IMG/VR virus record: IMGVR_UViG_3300038679_000051
Span: 224,001-288,000 of that record
From: a virus
Lineage: Duplodnaviria > Caudoviricetes
Strand: one strand, 5' to 3'
DNA: 64,000 bases
Shown: positions 60,573 to 64,000 of the stretch, in pieces
Numbering within the stretch: position 1 is the stretch's first letter
Layout: each line of letters begins with the position of its first letter
Program-made: the position numbers and the translations under genes
Notes under the pieces: model-generated
What the model was told of the DNA's origin: nothing
The model's database searches: none
The model's input: the letters and a program-made list of their open reading frames with translations, nothing else

Positions 60573-61247
60573 TTAATTTTTGTTTTTTAGTGCGTTTCTG
60601 ATGGCATTCCCAAGCTGCATTTTAGCCAGTCCGGCGTGTCGTTTGGCGATTTCGTCAGCGTTGGTTACACCCAATTCTTTAGCCCATTTATGAATTGCCG
60701 CCAAATCCATTCCCTTTAATTTGAGAGATAATTCGTCTTGCACTTTTTTCGGTTTGACTTTCTGCAATACCTGAGGTGCTTCTTTCGAAACAATGACGTT
60801 TTCGGGCATTGGTTTAGTCTCGGTGATGATTTCCTTATTTTGAGTCACTTTCTTCTCCTTCTCTTTTTTGGCGCTGGTGATTGTGCTGACTTGGCACAAT
60901 GCAATTGCTCTCTCACGTTCAATCCTTACTTTTGTCGGTTCTTTCCCACCATCGCTCTTCCAGAGATGTTCAGCATCACGTGCCATTAACGTATATGCTA
61001 TGGCCATCTCTAAATGTTTCCTATTTGACGACAATGGCTTCCCATTTAAATACTTCTCATATAATAAGGGTAAGGCTTCCATTTTCAACAATCGCAATTC
61101 ATGGAGTACTTTCTGTATTCTGTTCATGTCGGTTATTGGCTGATCAAACACTGCAAACTTGTCCATTACTTGTGTCCTTTCAGAAATCGTATCGTTCATT
61201 CTATCTCTTTCTTTTCGTCTTTGGGTCTCTTTTGGTATCATCTTCAT
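60573..61247 (-). CDS. hypothetical protein
   Basis: 224 aa, two helical domains with Lys-rich linker. Confidence 0.6.
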   Translation of the reverse strand: MKMIPKETQRRKERDRMNDTISERTQVMDKFAVFDQPITDMNRIQKVLHELRLLKMEALPLLYEKYLNGKPLSSNRKHLEMAIAYTLMARDAEHLWKSDGGKEPTKVRIERERAIALCQVSTITSAKKEKEKKVTQNKEIITETKPMPENVIVSKEAPQVLQKVKPKKVQDELSLKLKGMDLAAIHKWAKELGVTNADEIAKRHAGLAKMQLGNAIRNALKNKN

Positions 61248-61304
61248 GTAAAAATACGTTCATCATTTGTTCCGTAAAATATATAACAAAGGAGGAACAA
61301 AATC

Positions 61305-61550
61305 ATGGCGCAATTAATCCCGACGTGGCTCATTCGTAACGTTAGTAACGGTAGTCTCACGGTGAAAGCAAATCCCGATTTGACATCACCAGTCTACCCT
61401 TCTTCGGCAAGTCTGGTAACGATCAAACCACAGACCAATGTGGAAATTGAACGAAGCCGTCTTGAAGAGGAGCAGATTCTCAATCTGCGACGAAAAAATT
61501 TAATCACGATGACGCCGCTCGTCAAATCAATCGAGTCTGGCACTGAATAA
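61305..61550 (+). CDS. small hypothetical, paralog of 23392..23682
   Basis: GGAGG RBS; shared N.S...P...V...EQ..NL pattern. Confidence 0.65.
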   Translation: MAQLIPTWLIRNVSNGSLTVKANPDLTSPVYPSSASLVTIKPQTNVEIERSRLEEEQILNLRRKNLITMTPLVKSIESGTE

Positions 61551-62740
61551 TGAACCTGTCGGACAGGCTTCATCATTTATTTGAGGTGGTTGACCCAAAC
61601 GACATCAATAATCGCATTGATGTATTGTTAAAGGCCATAGATCAATCCAAACCCAATTACATAAAGCATATCGATAGCGTAGTTGGGACAATGAATGATT
61701 ATTTGCGTGGGAAGGTCGATAGTGCGCCTGAAACCATAAAATCCATAAAATCTTCACCAGAGGCTCCGAAAGACGACCCAAAACGTAGAAAAATCAATAA
61801 GGATAAGGTTGCAGCGATTTTATTACGTACTGGTGAAGCTCCGGATATGACAACTGCGATCAGCCAAGCCGAAAAAATGAGTAATTGGACGGATGCACAA
61901 TGGGACGCATGGCATCAACAAGAATCAACATGTCGTCACGTCATTCCGTTGCTTGAAGCACGTGGATTGATTACGCTTAATGCAATCGCGATGCGTGCCC
62001 GCATTGCAGCGAATGACGTTGCAAACTCAATAAAGGCTGGCGAATTATTTCATAAACTTAAATCATTGTTGTCTGAGGGGTATTACATCGATGGTGGCAG
62101 GACGTTGTTAGAAGACATACACATTGATGATTTATATCAATCCATATCGAATTTAGATTTAGCGACGGCTTATGAAAAGTTCAAAGATGAATTGATTTAT
62201 ATGAAAAAGAAATGGTCTAACGTTGACGACATAAACGTATTGGCCGATAAATTAAGAGAAGTTCGGATGCAATCGCCAATCAACAAACGAGTGGCATACG
62301 ATCTCGTTGATAAACTCAGGAAACAATATGTGGATTTGACGTTGCATTTCAAAATAATAGAATCGTTATCTAAGAAGATCGTTAAATGGTTGAAAATCAA
62401 TAACGCGGACGCTCGTGCTACGGCATCCCAAGTAGAGGCCATTATCAATAAGATCAACAAGACCGAGAAGAAGACGGAAGAACCAGAAACGCCAGAAACG
62501 CCTGCAAAGGCAGAAACACCAGCGCCGAAGGATCGTGAAGTTGAATTGGCCAATAAACTTCGACAATTTGGCGTCAAGCAGGATCAAACATTCAGACAAT
62601 CTGCCATAAAACAGGCGATTGCAGCTGGTGCAAAAACTGATGATGAGATAATCGATAAAGCGATTGATCTATATAGAGGACACAAAATTAGGATTGACGA
62701 TCCGCACGCTGAACTCAGAAAGAAACTACGCTCATATTAA
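61550..62740 (+). CDS. helical hypothetical, possible internal head protein
   Basis: several L-x-E motifs (HLFE, PLLE, LLSE, TLLE) between domains. Confidence 0.55.
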   Translation: MNLSDRLHHLFEVVDPNDINNRIDVLLKAIDQSKPNYIKHIDSVVGTMNDYLRGKVDSAPETIKSIKSSPEAPKDDPKRRKINKDKVAAILLRTGEAPDMTTAISQAEKMSNWTDAQWDAWHQQESTCRHVIPLLEARGLITLNAIAMRARIAANDVANSIKAGELFHKLKSLLSEGYYIDGGRTLLEDIHIDDLYQSISNLDLATAYEKFKDELIYMKKKWSNVDDINVLADKLREVRMQSPINKRVAYDLVDKLRKQYVDLTLHFKIIESLSKKIVKWLKINNADARATASQVEAIINKINKTEKKTEEPETPETPAKAETPAPKDREVELANKLRQFGVKQDQTFRQSAIKQAIAAGAKTDDEIIDKAIDLYRGHKIRIDDPHAELRKKLRSY

Positions 62741-63582
62741 AAGGTTATTGATTTGACTTTGGCAACGTCCATGGCCGTGTCTATTTCACCATGTCTTTTG
62801 ACCATCCTTTTCAATTCCTTCATGAATTTTATGTAATGATAACGTTCCAGCAATTTGAAGGTTACGTTATCCGGCAACGAGTTCTTAGATCCATATTCCC
62901 GAATCTCTTCTGGCGACATGTCTCTTTCAAACGCATTGTCACGTAGGTCGCTGAGATGGTTGTATTGTGATATGAGTACTTCTACCGAATCGTTGATTTC
63001 TTTCAATTTTTCGTTTATTCTGTTTTCAAGATCGGCAATGTCTTCGTCTTTCAATCTATTGAAAATGTCATAATCGATGATGTCCCGTTTCAATTCAGCT
63101 TTAGTCAAATCAATTTTTTCAACTTCATCATGGAATCGTTGCATGTAATCATCCAAATCAATTTCGATGTCATACGGTCCTAAAATCATTTCATCGTTGC
63201 GCAAATCATATAAACCATCGGCACGAGATCGGTCATATTCACCGCGCACCACATAGAATTGCAATGGATGATCGGTCCCTATAGCTGACGTTTCCTTGTC
63301 ATGATATTCTTTTAGATAATTTTTAATTCTCTCATAGTCGACATCAGACATTTCCGGTGCCGTTTCCATTAGGATGTCTATGTCGGTGTCGTCCAACCAT
63401 TGATAACTTAATATGCTGCCTTTGACATATATGTTCCCGATTGACAATCCAGTTTCTCTGCTTATGTGGTCAATTATATCTAGAATCTGTTTACGTATCT
63501 CAGGCTTCATGACATGCATGTCATTGAATACCATTGGGTCTAGCGAACTTCTGGTTGGATCAATTATTGATTCAGTCAGCAT
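62737..63582 (-). CDS. nucleotidyltransferase (pol-beta superfamily)
   Basis: YVKGS...DTDIDIL; HPLQFYV; GLYDL. Confidence 0.8.
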   Translation of the reverse strand: MLTESIIDPTRSSLDPMVFNDMHVMKPEIRKQILDIIDHISRETGLSIGNIYVKGSILSYQWLDDTDIDILMETAPEMSDVDYERIKNYLKEYHDKETSAIGTDHPLQFYVVRGEYDRSRADGLYDLRNDEMILGPYDIEIDLDDYMQRFHDEVEKIDLTKAELKRDIIDYDIFNRLKDEDIADLENRINEKLKEINDSVEVLISQYNHLSDLRDNAFERDMSPEEIREYGSKNSLPDNVTFKLLERYHYIKFMKELKRMVKRHGEIDTAMDVAKVKSITF

Positions 63583-63662
63583 TTGTTTCTCCCATATGAT
63601 ATGTTTGTCTCACACAAAAATACGTCTACGATGGCAATGGTCTAATTTTAAGGAGAATCGCG

Positions 63663-63812
63663 ATGAAACTTGGTCGTAACGAAGTTGGAATCGTCTTGTT
63701 TGTAGCGAATGGAAAGAAAGCAATGACGATAACCGCAAAACGACCAATTAAAAATCCTAAAGTGGAGATGCAATCGCGAGAAGAGAAATTGAAGAATCTA
63801 CAAAATAAATAA
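63663..63812 (+). CDS. small basic protein (49 aa, below track cut-off)
   Basis: AGGAG RBS; MKLGRNEVG...LQNK. Confidence 0.45.
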   Translation: MKLGRNEVGIVLFVANGKKAMTITAKRPIKNPKVEMQSREEKLKNLQNK

Positions 63813-63855
63813 AGAAGTGATTTGAGTCCTCCCATTTGATGTGGTGGAAACGAAC

Positions 63856-64000
63856 ATGGATTATGTCGATCGTCTTAAGTCACTTTCACATCAAGTGGAA
63901 TCTGACGTAAGCGGTGTCACAATGGACGACGGAGTGAAAGTCACCGTTAAATGTTCATGTGGTCAGAGAAATGAAATTGGCGCAAGATCATTGATCAGAC
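63856..64000 (+). CDS. partial ORF running off the window (CxC motif)
   Basis: MDYVDRLKSL...VKCSCGQ; open to the window edge. Confidence 0.45.
   Translation, partial: MDYVDRLKSLSHQVESDVSGVTMDDGVKVTVKCSCGQRNEIGARSLIR

Overview
A 64 kb segment of a large, AT-rich T4-like/jumbo myovirus genome in the standard genetic code. It carries tail and neck morphogenesis genes: gp53-, gp5-, gp25- and gp6-like baseplate, gp13/gp14/gp15-like neck and terminator, tail sheath, three tail-tube paralogs, gp26/gp51-like hub assembly, two collagen-like fibres and two tail-collar fibres. Accessory genes are interleaved. Highlights: (1) two full-length fusions of a Vsr/DUF559-like endonuclease domain to a Mom-like GNAT DNA-modification domain, plus a third truncated Mom copy; (2) an atypical 76-nt tRNA-Gly with anticodon ACC, intact Gly identity elements and a non-canonical D/T loop, between two Mom loci and a candidate dedicated glycyl donor; (3) a glycan-tailoring island (GT2-TPR, GT2, GT25, sulfotransferase, methyltransferases, sialidase-like protein, plus gmd elsewhere) beside the collagen fibres, with shared leaders and domains; (4) a four-member H...PRGR paralog family, two nucleotidyltransferases and an ART-like protein, many sharing an M-K-L-x-x-L-Y-E type N-terminus suggestive of head-packaged proteins. 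All functional calls come from motif recognition by eye; no database searches were run.
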